Source: an uncultured delta proteobacterium
GTDB lineage: Bacteria; Myxococcota_A; Polyangia; Fen-1088
NCBI GenBank assembly: GCA_963767925.1
Contig: CAVYGB010000002.1
Location: forward strand, 160,001-224,000
Length of the DNA stretch: 64,000 nt
Direction of reading: 5' to 3'
Shown: piece by piece, positions 9,647-19,882 of the stretch
Numbering within the stretch: position 1 is the stretch's first letter
Layout: every line of letters starts with the position of its first letter
The notes under the pieces: generated by a model
Databases searched by the model: none
What the model saw: the letters and a program-made list of their open reading frames with translations, nothing else
What the model was told of the DNA's origin: nothing
Position numbers and translations under genes: made by a program

Positions 9647-11149
9647 TCACCTGCGGATTGAAGCGGGGCCCAACGTCACCGTGAAGGTCGTGCCGGTGTC
9701 GGTGGAGCTTTCTACGGCGACGGTGCCGCCGTGGGCTTCGGCGACGCCGCGGACGAGGGTGAGGCCGAGGCCCCAGCCGAGGGTGCCGGCGCGGCTCTGC
9801 GGGAGGGCGCGGTGGTAGGGCTGGAAGATCTTGGCCTGCTCCTCCGCCGGGATGGGGTGGCCGTGGTTGTGGACGACCAGGACGACTCCACCCGCCTGCT
9901 CGCGCAGGTGGATGCGCACGGGGGTGTGGGGGTTGCCGTATTTGATGGCGTTGCCGATCAGGTTCTCGAGGGTGCGGCGGATGGACCCCTCGTCGCAGAT
10001 CGCGGGCAGCGCGGCGGGGGCCTCGAGGGCGAAGCGGTCGCCGAAGATGGTGGCCTGGTCCTCGACCACGTCGCGCAGGAGGCGGCCGAGGTCGCAGGGG
10101 CCCCGCAGGATGGTCATCGGCTCGCCGGCGCTGATGCGGCTGGCGTCGAGCAGGTTCTGGATGAGCTGGTCGGCGTGGCCGAGGCTGCGGATGATGCGGG
10201 CGGCCTGGGTCCGGGACACCTCGGGCTGGTCGCTGCGCTTGAAGATCACCTGGGCGCTCATGTTGGCGGCGTGCAGGGGCGAGCGCAGATCGTGGGACAG
10301 GGCAGCGACGAAGCGCTCGCGCAGCACCCGCTCGAGCTGGAGATCGTCGATGGCCCGGCGCTGATCCTCGATGTCGGTGGCGGCGCCAACCCGGCAGACC
10401 ACCTGCCCGTCCCCGTCGCGGATGGGCAGCGAGCGGGACAGGTGCCAGCGGTAAGCGCCGTCGCGGCCCCGCAGGCGGTAGGTGATGTCCACCTCCAGGC
10501 CGCGGGCGCGGCGATCGCGCAGCAGGGGGCCCAGCCGGGCGGCGTCCTCGGGGTGGACCAGCTCGAGGACGTCGGTCAGCGCGGGCGGCTGCTGGCCAGT
10601 GTATTCGTACCAGTGGCGGTTGTAATAGAGCGAGCGGCCCTCGGCGTCGCCCATCCAGATGATGAGGGGCAGGCCGTCGGCCAGCACGCCGAAGCGGGCC
10701 TCGGCGGCCTGGCGGGCCTGCTCCATCGACCGGATCTCGGTCACGTCCTCCAGGAACGAGACGTGCAGCCCGGGGTGATCGGGCGCGAAGTCGGCCAGGG
10801 CCTGGTAGCGCAGGACGCGCTGGCTGCCGTCGGGCCGCACCAGGGGGAACTCGCCCGACTGGCCCTTGTGCCGGCGAAAGTCGTCCCAGCGGTGGCGCAG
10901 GGGGAAGGCGCGGGCCGGGTCGAGGAAGTCCTCCACCCGCATGCCGACGATCTGCTCACGGGGGTAGCCGAAGATCCGGCAGGCCATCGGGTTGGCGTCG
11001 ATGTAGCGGCCCTGGTCGTCGGTGACGAGGATGGCGACCGGGCAGGCCTCGACGATGCGACGGAACAGCTCGCCGTCGGGCGTCTGCGGTTCCGCGTCGC
11101 GCGGGGCAGAGGAGCGGGCCTGCGGTCGAAGCTCTTCCAATGCGCACAT
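9647..11149 (-). CDS. PAS-PAS sensor histidine kinase
   Basis: Two PAS/PAC repeats, LSHDLRSPL, NLIGNAIKYG, GWGLGL. Confidence 0.92.
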   Translation of the reverse strand: MCALEELRPQARSSAPRDAEPQTPDGELFRRIVEACPVAILVTDDQGRYIDANPMACRIFGYPREQIVGMRVEDFLDPARAFPLRHRWDDFRRHKGQSGEFPLVRPDGSQRVLRYQALADFAPDHPGLHVSFLEDVTEIRSMEQARQAAEARFGVLADGLPLIIWMGDAEGRSLYYNRHWYEYTGQQPPALTDVLELVHPEDAARLGPLLRDRRARGLEVDITYRLRGRDGAYRWHLSRSLPIRDGDGQVVCRVGAATDIEDQRRAIDDLQLERVLRERFVAALSHDLRSPLHAANMSAQVIFKRSDQPEVSRTQAARIIRSLGHADQLIQNLLDASRISAGEPMTILRGPCDLGRLLRDVVEDQATIFGDRFALEAPAALPAICDEGSIRRTLENLIGNAIKYGNPHTPVRIHLREQAGGVVLVVHNHGHPIPAEEQAKIFQPYHRALPQSRAGTLGWGLGLTLVRGVAEAHGGTVAVESSTDTGTTFTVTLGPASIRR

Positions 11150-11226
11150 GGGATGCGCCGGCCAGACACGATGTTACGGCCCCCCGGTGTCGGAGTTCGA
11201 CTCCAGGTAATCGCCCCGAGGGTGGC

Positions 11227-11862
11227 TCAGGGCCGGCCGGCGACCTCGCCGTTCACGGCGGCGCCCGGGCGAGCGGCCCAGGTCCAGTAGAAGTTCAGCA
11301 GGTAGTTCCACACCATCGCCGCGCCGATCCCGAGGAGCTGGGACAGGTAGACCAGGTTGCCGACGTCGGGGGGCTCGACGAAGGGGTGATAGATCCAGCG
11401 GTCGGCGAAGTTCCCCGCCCCGGCGCCGTAGGCCTGCAGCGCGGCCGAGCCCCCGAGCACGTACAGCCAGGCGACGTTGAGGGCCACGAACACGACGAAC
11501 TGGATCAGGCCCCCGCCGAGGCTGACCAGGTGAAACCGCAGGCCGTGGGCCAGCAAGGACTGGCCTCCGTTGCGCCGATCACCGAAGGTCCACAGATGGT
11601 TGATGGTGAAGTTCGAGAGGATGGAGACTTCGATGGCGAGGGCGGAGGCCAGGTTGACGTGCACCCGCAGGGCACGGAACAGCGCGAAGCTGGCCAGGTT
11701 GACCAGCACCCCGCTCATCCCCACCGCGGCGAACTTGACGAAGCGGGCCGAGAGGAACGGCTTGATGAGGCGGGAAGAGCGCCGAGGGAATTGCAAGCGC
11801 GCGGACCTTACCCAATCCCGCCACGCCAGACCAGCTCGACGCGCTCGACCGCCGCGTCTCAA
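11227..11862 (-). CDS. GtrA family membrane protein (start uncertain)
   Basis: RFVKFAAVG.SG.LVN, SNFTINHLWTF, WNYLLNFYWTW. Confidence 0.85.
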   Translation of the reverse strand: MRRGGRARRAGLAWRDWVRSARLQFPRRSSRLIKPFLSARFVKFAAVGMSGVLVNLASFALFRALRVHVNLASALAIEVSILSNFTINHLWTFGDRRNGGQSLLAHGLRFHLVSLGGGLIQFVVFVALNVAWLYVLGGSAALQAYGAGAGNFADRWIYHPFVEPPDVGNLVYLSQLLGIGAAMVWNYLLNFYWTWAARPGAAVNGEVAGRP

Positions 11863-11951
11863 CCCGGCGCGGCGGATCGGGGCCCAAACCAGGCGGGGCC
11901 GTTACCTTGTCCGCCTCCCGGGCAAGACCCAGCTTGCGGGTCGATCCGGAC

Positions 11952-14813
11952 ATGAAAATTCCTTCGGCCACCTACCGCCTGCAGCTGCAGCAGCAGTTCA
12001 CCTTCGCCGACGCGACCGAGCTGGTGCCCTACCTCGATCGCCTGGGGGTGAGCGACCTCTATCTGTCGCCGGTGTCGACCGCCCGACCGGGCAGCGTGCA
12101 CGGCTACGACGTCATCGACCACGACCAGCTCAACCCCGAGCTTGGCGGGGCCGAGCAGTTCCAGCGCCTGGCCACCGTGCTGCGCAAACATGGCCTGGGG
12201 GTGTTGCTCGACGTGGTGCCCAACCACATGTGCGTGGCCGGCCACTTCAACGCCCGCTGGATCGACGTGCTGGAGAACGGCCCCGCCAGTGTCTCGGCGC
12301 GCTTCTTCGACATCGACTGGCGCCCCCCCAAGCCCGAGCTGCTGGGAAAGGTCCTGCTGCCGGTGCTGGGACAGCAATACGGGCGCATGCTCGAGGACGG
12401 GATCTGCCTCCGCTTCGAAGGCGGGGCCTTCCTCATCAGCTTTTACGAGACCAGCTTGCCGCTGGCCCCCCGCACCTGGTCCCACCTGCTCGAGCCGGCC
12501 CTGGCCGATCTGCGCGACCGCTTCGGCGACGAGGAGCCGCGGGTGCTGGAGCTGGAGAGCATCATCAGGTCGATCGGCCACCTGCCCCCCCGCACCGAGC
12601 CGGCGCCGGCCCGCATCCGCGAGCGCCAGCACGAGCGGGAGATCATCGGCCGCCGCCTGGCCGCCCTGGTCCAGGGCAACGGCACGGTGGCCGAGGCGAT
12701 CGACCGCGCCGTCCAGAGCTTCAACGGGCACAAAGGTGACCCGCGCAGCTTCGACCGGCTGGAGGCCCTGCTGGCCGACCAGGCCTACCGCCTGAGCCAC
12801 TGGCGGGTGGCGGCCGACGAGATCAACTACCGCCGCTTCTTCGACATCAACGATCTCGCCGCCGTGCGGGTGGAGGACCCGGTGGTGTTCGACCTGGTCC
12901 ACCGGCTGCCCCTGGCGCTCGTGCACCAGGGGGTGGTCAGCGGGTTCCGCATCGACCACGTCGACGGCCTGCACGATCCGGAGAAGTACCTGCGCGATCT
13001 GCAGCGTTGCTTCCGGGAGGCGCTCGACCCCCGGCCCGAGGACCAGGGCGACGCCGGCGGCTACGTGGTGGTCGAGAAGATCCTCGAGGGAGACGAGCGG
13101 CTGCCGGCCGAGTGGCCGGTGGCGGGCACCACCGGCTACGAGTTCCTCAACCGACTCTCCGGGGTGCTGGTCGACGGGGCCGGCGTGCGGCGCTTGCGCG
13201 AGAACGCCACCGGGGCCGGCATCTTGCCGGGGCGCTTCTCCGACATCGTCTACGAGTGCAAGAAGCTGGTGCTGGGCTCGGCCATGTCGGCCGAGCTGAC
13301 CGTGCTGGCCCGCCGGCTCGACCGCATCTCCGAGCAGCACCGCTACACCCGCGACTTCACCCGCAACGGCCTGCAGGCGGCGCTGGGCGAGGTGGTGGCC
13401 TGCTTCCCCATCTACCGCACCTACGTCCGCACCGACGACACCACCGTCTGCGACCGCGACCGTCAGGCCATCGAGACGGCGGTGCGCAGCGCCCGCCGCC
13501 GCAACCCGGTCCTCAACGAGTCGCTCTTCGATTTCGTGCGCCAGGTGCTGCTGCTGGAGGTGCCGGGGGGCCTGGGCGAGGCCCAGCAGGCCGAGCGGCG
13601 CGAGTTCGTGCTCCGCTTCCAGCAGATCACCGGGCCGGTGATGGCCAAGGGGCTGGAGGACACCGCCTTTTATCGCTATTTCCCCCTCGCCGCCCTGGCC
13701 GAGGTGGGCGGCGACCCCGACTCGACCGGCATCTCGGTGGCCGAGTTCCACGCCCTCAACCGCGAGCGCTGGCAGAAACATCCCCACGGGCTGTCGGCCA
13801 CCGCCACCCACGACACGAAGCGGGGCGAGGACACGCGGGCCCGCCTGCTGGTGCTGGCCGAGCTCCCCCAGCTCTGGTCGGAGGCGACCGGCCGCTGGGG
13901 CCAGCTCCTGTCCGATCACCGGCGCCACGTCGCCGGGGTGCAGGCCCCCGGCCTGGCCGAGGAACACCTGTTTTACCAGACCCTGCTGGGGGCCTGCCCC
14001 CCGGGCGGGCTCCAGAGCGAGGCGGACTTCGGCGAGCGGGTGAACCGCTACCTCGGCAAGGCCCTGCTGGAGGCCAAGCTCAACACGAGCTGGATCAACC
14101 GGGACGAGGCCTACGAGGCGGCGGTGGCCGAGTTCGTGACAGCGGCGCTCGATCCCGAGCGGAGCCGGGCCTTCGTGGAGGACTTCGCCCGCTTCTTCAC
14201 CCTGGTGGCCCGCCCCGGCTACTACACCTCGCTGTCCCAGACCGTGCTGAAGCTGGCCGCGCCGGGGGTGCCCGATCTGTACCAGGGGACCGAGCTGTGG
14301 GACCTGTCGCTGGTCGATCCCGACAACCGGCGGCCGGTCGACTGGGCCCGGCGCCGGGCCGACCTCGACGCCGTGCTGTCCGAGGGGCAGCGCGACCCGC
14401 GGGACCTGTGCGATCGCCTCTTGCGCGAGCCCGAGGACGGCCGCATCAAGCTGTTCGTGATTGCCCGCGCGCTGCACTTCCGCCGGGCCCAGCGGGGGCT
14501 GTTCGAGCAGGGCGACTACCAGGGGCTCGAGACCCGGGGCGCCCTGGCCGAGCACCTGGTCGCGTTCTCGCGAACGGCGGGCGGGCGGTCGACCCTGGCG
14601 GTGGTGGGGCGGCACTTCGCCCGCCTGTGTGAGGGCGGCGCGGTACCGGTGGGCGCGGCCTGGCAGGACACGGCCGTCGCCGTGTCGGAGGCGCTGGCCA
14701 CCCGCCGCTACCGGGATGTGTTCAGCGGGCTCACCGTGGTCCCGCGCGCTGGCGCCTTGCCGGTGGCGGAGGTGCTCGCCCACTTGCCGGTTGCGCTGCT
14801 GGAGGCGGTCTAG
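11952..14813 (+). CDS. treY: Malto-oligosyltrehalose synthase (GH13)
   Basis: PSATYRLQ, GSVHGYDV, DVVPNHM, INYRRFFDIN, RIDHVDGL, MAKGLEDTAFYR, THDTKRGED. Confidence 0.96.
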   Translation: MKIPSATYRLQLQQQFTFADATELVPYLDRLGVSDLYLSPVSTARPGSVHGYDVIDHDQLNPELGGAEQFQRLATVLRKHGLGVLLDVVPNHMCVAGHFNARWIDVLENGPASVSARFFDIDWRPPKPELLGKVLLPVLGQQYGRMLEDGICLRFEGGAFLISFYETSLPLAPRTWSHLLEPALADLRDRFGDEEPRVLELESIIRSIGHLPPRTEPAPARIRERQHEREIIGRRLAALVQGNGTVAEAIDRAVQSFNGHKGDPRSFDRLEALLADQAYRLSHWRVAADEINYRRFFDINDLAAVRVEDPVVFDLVHRLPLALVHQGVVSGFRIDHVDGLHDPEKYLRDLQRCFREALDPRPEDQGDAGGYVVVEKILEGDERLPAEWPVAGTTGYEFLNRLSGVLVDGAGVRRLRENATGAGILPGRFSDIVYECKKLVLGSAMSAELTVLARRLDRISEQHRYTRDFTRNGLQAALGEVVACFPIYRTYVRTDDTTVCDRDRQAIETAVRSARRRNPVLNESLFDFVRQVLLLEVPGGLGEAQQAERREFVLRFQQITGPVMAKGLEDTAFYRYFPLAALAEVGGDPDSTGISVAEFHALNRERWQKHPHGLSATATHDTKRGEDTRARLLVLAELPQLWSEATGRWGQLLSDHRRHVAGVQAPGLAEEHLFYQTLLGACPPGGLQSEADFGERVNRYLGKALLEAKLNTSWINRDEAYEAAVAEFVTAALDPERSRAFVEDFARFFTLVARPGYYTSLSQTVLKLAAPGVPDLYQGTELWDLSLVDPDNRRPVDWARRRADLDAVLSEGQRDPRDLCDRLLREPEDGRIKLFVIARALHFRRAQRGLFEQGDYQGLETRGALAEHLVAFSRTAGGRSTLAVVGRHFARLCEGGAVPVGAAWQDTAVAVSEALATRRYRDVFSGLTVVPRAGALPVAEVLAHLPVALLEAV

Positions 14814-16753
14814 TGATGTTCGAAACCGAGACGCGACGTGAGTCCGCCAACCCGTTGCCGGCGGCGGCCCGCCGCCGGCGCCTGCCGGTCGGCGCCGAGG
14901 TGCAGCCGGGCGGCGGCGTGCACTTCCGGCTGTGGGCGCCGCAGCGGCGGCGGGTCGACCTGGTGGTTGTCGCCGCCAAGGGCGAGCCGCCCCCCACCAC
15001 CGAGCTGCGCCTCGATCGCGACGGCGACGGCTACTGGGTCGGGCTGCTCGATCGGGTCGGCGCCGGCACCCGCTACGCCTACCGGCTCGACGGGGAGGAC
15101 AAGCTCTACCCCGACCCCGCCTCGCGCTACCAGCCGGAGGGGCCCCACGGTCCGTCGGAGGTGGTCGATCCCGGGACGTTCGCCTGGACCGACGCGACCT
15201 GGAGCGGGCTGACCCTGGCCGGGCAGGTCGTGTACGAGCTGCACATCGGCACCTTCACCCCCGAGGGGAGCTGGGCGGCGGCGGCGGCCCGCCTGCCCCA
15301 CCTGCAGGAGCTGGGGATCACGGCGATCGAGGTGATGCCGGTGGCGGAGTTCCCCGGCGCCTTCGGCTGGGGCTACGACGGCGTCGAGCTCTACGCCCCC
15401 TACCGGGGCTACGGGCGGCCCGACGACTTCCGCCGGTTCGTCGACCAGGCCCACCGGCTGGGCCTGGGGGTGGTGCTCGACGTGGTCTACAACCACTTCG
15501 GCCCCGACGGGAACTACCTGTCCTGCTTCTGGCCCGGCTACTTCAGCGACAAGAGCACCGAGTGGGGCCAGGCCATCGACTACTCCGCCCCCGCCACCCG
15601 CGAGCTGGTGGCCCACAACGCCGCCTACTGGATCGACGAGTACCACCTGGACGGCCTGCGCCTCGACGCCACCCAGAGCATCTTCGACGACCCGGCCAAC
15701 CACATCGTGGCCGAGCTGACCCGCAAGGCCCGGGCCGCGGCGGGCAAGCGGACCATCGTCGTGTTCGCGGAGAACGAGCCGCAAGAGACCGGGCTGGTGC
15801 GGCCGCCCGAGGTGGGCGGCTACGGCCTCGACAGCCTGTGGAACGACGACTTTCACCACAGCGCCCGGGTGGCCCTCACCGGGCACACCGAGGCCTACTA
15901 CGCCGACTACCTGGGCTCGCCCCAGGAGCTCATCTCCGCCGCCAAATACGGCTACCTGTTCCAGGGCCAGTGGTACGTCTGGCAGAAACAGCGCCGGGGC
16001 CAGTCGGCCCGGGGGATCCCGCCGCGGGCCTTCGCCGCCTACCTCGAGAACCACGACCAGGTGGCCAACACCTGTCAGGGCGCCCGGCTGTGGCGGGCCA
16101 GCGCGCCCGGCCGCTTCCGGGCCATGACCGGGCTGCTGCTCCTGGGTCCCTGGACGCCGCTGCTGTTCCAGGGGCAGGAGTGGAACGCCTCGCCGCCGTT
16201 CCTGTTCTTCGCCGACCACCACGAGGAGCTGGCCGGCCTGGTGCAGAAGGGGCGGGTCGAGTTCCTGGCCCAGTTCCCGAGCTGCGCCACGCCCGAGATG
16301 CGCGACAACCTCGCCGCCCCCCACGCCCGGGCCACCTTCGAGCGCTGCATCCTCGACTGGAGCGAGCCCGGCCAGGGGGCCCACGCCCAGATGCTGGCCC
16401 TGCACCGCGATCTGCTGGCCCTGCGCCGCGCGGATCCGGTGATCCGGACCCAGGCCACCGCCGGGGTGACCCTCGACGGCGCCGTGCTGGGACCGGACGC
16501 CTTCCTGCTGCGCTACCTGGCGGTCGACGAGGCCGACGACCGCCTGCTGCTGGTCAACCTGGGGCGCGACCTGCCGCTGCGCCCCGCCTCCGAGCCGCTG
16601 CTGGCGCCCCCCGCGGGGGCCCGCTGGAAGGTGGCCTGGTCGAGCGAGGACCCGCGCTATGGCGGCGAGGGCACCGCCGGCTTCGAGAGCGAGACCGACG
16701 TGCCCCGGCTGCCGGGCCAGGCGGCGCTGCTGCTGACCGCGACGAGGGGGTGA
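14813..16753 (+). CDS. treZ: Malto-oligosyltrehalose trehalohydrolase (GH13)
   Basis: PDPASRYQPEGPHG, YELHIGTFT, WGYDG, DVVYNHFGPDG, GLRLDAT, NHDQVAN. Start overlaps the treY stop. Confidence 0.95.
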   Translation: MMFETETRRESANPLPAAARRRRLPVGAEVQPGGGVHFRLWAPQRRRVDLVVVAAKGEPPPTTELRLDRDGDGYWVGLLDRVGAGTRYAYRLDGEDKLYPDPASRYQPEGPHGPSEVVDPGTFAWTDATWSGLTLAGQVVYELHIGTFTPEGSWAAAAARLPHLQELGITAIEVMPVAEFPGAFGWGYDGVELYAPYRGYGRPDDFRRFVDQAHRLGLGVVLDVVYNHFGPDGNYLSCFWPGYFSDKSTEWGQAIDYSAPATRELVAHNAAYWIDEYHLDGLRLDATQSIFDDPANHIVAELTRKARAAAGKRTIVVFAENEPQETGLVRPPEVGGYGLDSLWNDDFHHSARVALTGHTEAYYADYLGSPQELISAAKYGYLFQGQWYVWQKQRRGQSARGIPPRAFAAYLENHDQVANTCQGARLWRASAPGRFRAMTGLLLLGPWTPLLFQGQEWNASPPFLFFADHHEELAGLVQKGRVEFLAQFPSCATPEMRDNLAAPHARATFERCILDWSEPGQGAHAQMLALHRDLLALRRADPVIRTQATAGVTLDGAVLGPDAFLLRYLAVDEADDRLLLVNLGRDLPLRPASEPLLAPPAGARWKVAWSSEDPRYGGEGTAGFESETDVPRLPGQAALLLTATRG

Positions 16754-16757
16754 GGCC

Positions 16758-18812
16758 ATGACGACCCGGGTGGGGTGGAGACGCGGGGAGGCGGAGGACG
16801 CGCTCATCAGCCGCGAGTGGCTGGTGACCAACGGCCTGGGCGGCTACGCCTCGGGCACCATCGCCGGAGTGGCCACCCGCCGCTACCACGGCCTGCTGGT
16901 GGCGGCCCTGCCCAACCCCCTGGGCCGCTCGATGATGTTCAACCACCTGTCCGAGCAGGTGCGCCTGCCCGACGGCCACGTGCACCGCCTCGGCTCGGCC
17001 GAGCTGGCCGGGGCCCTCGAGATCGGCGCCGCCCAGCACCTGACCGAGTTCCGGCTGGAGCTGGGGCTGCCGGTCTGGACCTTCACCTTCGACGGCTACG
17101 TCATGGAGAAGCGGGTGGCCCTCTCTTACCTGCAGAACACGGTCTACGTCAGCTACCGCCTGCTCGAGGGCAAGACGCCGCTGCGCCTGTCGTTGCGCCC
17201 CTCGGTGCAGTTCCGGCCCCACGACGCCCCGGTCAGCCGCGACCTGGGGGGGCCGTATACGCTGAAGCTGCAGGGCGACCGCTTCGAGATCTCCGACGAC
17301 GACGGGCCGTTTCCCCCGCTGCGGGTGCGGGTGTTCGGGCAAGACGCCCGCTTCGTCTTCCAGCACGATCGCCAGGACGCGGTGACCTACCGGGTGGAGG
17401 CCGACCGGGGTTACGAGGCCCGGGGCAACCTGTGGAGCCACGGCTACTTCAAGATACAGGTGGGGCACGACGAGCCCGCCACCTTGCTCGCCTCGACCGA
17501 GACCTGGGAGACCATCGTGGCCCTCGAGCCCCGGCAGGCCCAGCGCTACGAGCTCGCTCGCCGCACCCGCCTGCTCCGCCTGGCCGAGCTGCCGCCCGGC
17601 GAGACCAGCGCCGCCGAGCTGGTGCTGGCCGCCGACCAGTTCCTCATCGCCCCCGCCGGGCGCATCGACGACGCCACCCGGGCCCGGGCTCAGGGCGAGG
17701 AGCTGCGCACGGTGATCGCCGGCTACCACTGGTTCACCGACTGGGGGCGCGACACCATGATCAGCCTCGAGGGGCTGACGCTGTCCACCGGGCGGGCCCA
17801 GGAGGCGCGCTTCATCCTCAACAGCTTCTCCCACTACGTGCGCGACGGGCTGATCCCCAACATGTTCCCCGAGGGCGCGCAGGAGGGCCTCTACCACACC
17901 GCCGACGCTACCCTCTGGTTCTTCCACGCCCTCGACCGCTACCTGTCTTACACCGGCGACCGGGGGACCCTTCGCCAGATCCTGCCCCGGCTCGAGGAGA
18001 TCGTGGCCGCCCACCGGGGCGGCACCCGCTTCGGCATCCGGGTCGATCCCGCCGACGGGCTGCTCATGCAGGGGCACGAGAGCCTGCCCCTCACCTGGAT
18101 GGACGCCAAGTGCGACGGCTGGGTGGTCACCCCCCGGCGGGGCAAGCCGGTCGAGATCAACGCCCTCTGGTACAACGCCCTCCGGTTGATGGAGCGCTGG
18201 ACCGCCGAGGAGCGCGGGACCGAGGCGGCGACCGAATACCGGGCCGCCGCCGATCGGCTGGCCACCTCCTTCAACGCCCGCTTCTGGTACGCCGAGGGCA
18301 AACACCTCTACGACGTCCTCGACGGCGAGGCGGGCGCGGTCGATCCCGCCTTCCGCCCCAACCAGCTCCTCGCCGTCTCCCTGCCCAACCCGGTGCTGGC
18401 CCGCGACCGCTGGCTCCCGGTCGTCGACGCGGTCCGCGAGCGGCTGCTGACCCCCGTCGGCCTGCGCTCGCTGTCGCCCGACCACCCCGACTACAAGCCC
18501 ACCTACCACGGCGACCTGCGCACCCGCGACGCCGCCTACCACCAGGGCACCGCCTGGAGCTGGCTGATCGGCCCCTTCATCGACGCCTGGCTGAAGGTCC
18601 ACCCCGAGCGGCGGAGCGAGGCGCGTCAGCTCCTCGCCGGGCTGGAGGCGCACCTGGGGGAGGCCTGCATCGGCTCGGTGAGCGAGGTGTTCGACGCCGA
18701 AGCCACCTTCACGCCCCGCGGCTGCATCGCCCAGGCCTGGGCGGTGGCGGAGATGCTGCGCGTCTTGCTCCTCCTGCGCCCGCCGGGCAGCGCGGGCGAC
18801 GACAGCATTTGA
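16758..18812 (+). CDS. Amylo-alpha-1,6-glucosidase / glycogen debranching enzyme family
   Basis: EWLVTNGLGGYA, AGYHWFTDWGRDTMI, TWMDAK, YHQGT.W.WL, CIAQAW. Confidence 0.93.
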   Translation: MTTRVGWRRGEAEDALISREWLVTNGLGGYASGTIAGVATRRYHGLLVAALPNPLGRSMMFNHLSEQVRLPDGHVHRLGSAELAGALEIGAAQHLTEFRLELGLPVWTFTFDGYVMEKRVALSYLQNTVYVSYRLLEGKTPLRLSLRPSVQFRPHDAPVSRDLGGPYTLKLQGDRFEISDDDGPFPPLRVRVFGQDARFVFQHDRQDAVTYRVEADRGYEARGNLWSHGYFKIQVGHDEPATLLASTETWETIVALEPRQAQRYELARRTRLLRLAELPPGETSAAELVLAADQFLIAPAGRIDDATRARAQGEELRTVIAGYHWFTDWGRDTMISLEGLTLSTGRAQEARFILNSFSHYVRDGLIPNMFPEGAQEGLYHTADATLWFFHALDRYLSYTGDRGTLRQILPRLEEIVAAHRGGTRFGIRVDPADGLLMQGHESLPLTWMDAKCDGWVVTPRRGKPVEINALWYNALRLMERWTAEERGTEAATEYRAAADRLATSFNARFWYAEGKHLYDVLDGEAGAVDPAFRPNQLLAVSLPNPVLARDRWLPVVDAVRERLLTPVGLRSLSPDHPDYKPTYHGDLRTRDAAYHQGTAWSWLIGPFIDAWLKVHPERRSEARQLLAGLEAHLGEACIGSVSEVFDAEATFTPRGCIAQAWAVAEMLRVLLLLRPPGSAGDDSI

Positions 18813-18923
18813 TCGTCGCCCGTGTCACGATCCAGTAACCGTGGTGAACGCCTGGTAACCAATCTCTCCGTGAGCCTCGGCAAAGACCCAGGCGTTCCGC
18901 GGGTCATGGCTTCCCCCCGGTTC

Positions 18924-18939
18924 AGGCACGAGGCTTGAA
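18924..18939 (+). promoter_or_regulatory. Putative sigma-54 (-24/-12) promoter
   Basis: aGGCACG-aggc-TTGA: GG-N10-GA spacing against the consensus TGGCACG-N4-TTGC; lies ~45 bp before the small-gene cluster. Confidence 0.45.
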
Positions 18940-18983
18940 CCTACACACACGCGGACAACTCCCCCACGACGAGGTCGATCCCC

Positions 18984-19187
18984 ATGAGCACCGCTCGCAG
19001 CGAAACCCTCTCTCAGCTAGCCCGTCAGGCCGAGCCCCTGACCCGGCTGGCGTCCAGCGACACGGTCCTGCGGGTCCGGGATGGGATCACCAGCCTGGTG
19101 AAGCAATATCCCGCCTCGACGGTGCTGGGCGCCTTCGCCGTCGGCTTCGCTCTGGCGCGCCTCTTCCGCAGCCTGGGCGAGGATTGA
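18984..19187 (+). CDS. Small tail-anchored membrane protein (DUF883/ElaB-like)
   Basis: VKQYPASTVLGAFAVGFALARL motif; RBS gaggt. Confidence 0.7.
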   Translation: MSTARSETLSQLARQAEPLTRLASSDTVLRVRDGITSLVKQYPASTVLGAFAVGFALARLFRSLGED

Positions 19188-19189
19188 CC

Positions 19190-19462
19190 GTGGCAGCCAA
19201 GGGGACGGTCTCCCGAGTGATTGCCCGCTTCCGGGAGAAGGCCCGCAGCCGCCCGCTGCTGTTCTTCGGAGCGGCGCTGGGGGCGGGTCTCGCCGCCGGC
19301 GGCGCGCTCGCGCCCCGGGTGCTGGGGCGGATCTTGACGGTCGGCGGAGGCCTCGCCTGGAAGTTCGTGGCGCTGCCGATGATCAAGGAGAAGGTTCTGA
19401 CTGCTGTCGAGGGTTCCCAGGTTTCCAATGAGGAGGAGCAACATGAAGCTGAGCGATATTGA
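19190..19462 (+). CDS. Small membrane protein, hypothetical
   Basis: GTG 2 bp after the previous stop; RSRPLLFFGAALGAGL hydrophobic segment. Confidence 0.6.
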   Translation: MAAKGTVSRVIARFREKARSRPLLFFGAALGAGLAAGGALAPRVLGRILTVGGGLAWKFVALPMIKEKVLTAVEGSQVSNEEEQHEAERY

Positions 19463-19691
19463 CAAGGACACCGTGCTCGAGCTGCTCGGCTTGACCACCC
19501 GGCCCAGCGCCGCGGGTCGGGCGGTGGGCGCGCTGGGGCTGTTCGGCCTCGGCCTGCTGGCCGGAGCGGCCGTGGGCCTCTTGCTGGCGCCCCGCCCGGG
19601 CGCCGAGCTGCGGGCCGAGGTGGCCCGGAAGCTGGGTGTGGGCAACGGTCAGACCCCGGACGGCGAATCCATCGACGAGCTGGTGACTTGA
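19443..19691 (+). CDS. YtxH-domain protein
   Basis: FGLGLLAGAAVGLLLAPRPGAELR motif; strong RBS gaggaggag. Confidence 0.8.
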   Translation: MKLSDIDKDTVLELLGLTTRPSAAGRAVGALGLFGLGLLAGAAVGLLLAPRPGAELRAEVARKLGVGNGQTPDGESIDELVT

Positions 19692-19882
19692 ACCGCCCGG
19701 ATCTCCAGGACACCGAAGTGGAGCTCGCTCGCGCCCGCGAGCAGCTCCAGGCTTCGGTCACCGCGCTGAATCAGCGACTGGGAGAGCTGCGCGACTGGCG
19801 GACCTGGATCCGCAAGCACCCGCTGGCGTTCCTGGCGGGGGCGCTCGGGCTCGGCGCGCTGATCGGCCTGCGGCGCAAGTGA
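19688..19882 (+). CDS. DUF3618/DUF883-like small protein
   Basis: ELARAREQL coiled coil plus WIRKHPLAFLAGALGLG tail anchor; start overlaps the previous stop. Confidence 0.7.
   Translation: MNRPDLQDTEVELARAREQLQASVTALNQRLGELRDWRTWIRKHPLAFLAGALGLGALIGLRRK

Noticed and set aside
11859..18653. Long antisense ORFs over treY, treZ and the debranching gene (and similar ones elsewhere)
   Set aside because: Shadow frames expected in high-GC DNA; no protein motifs.
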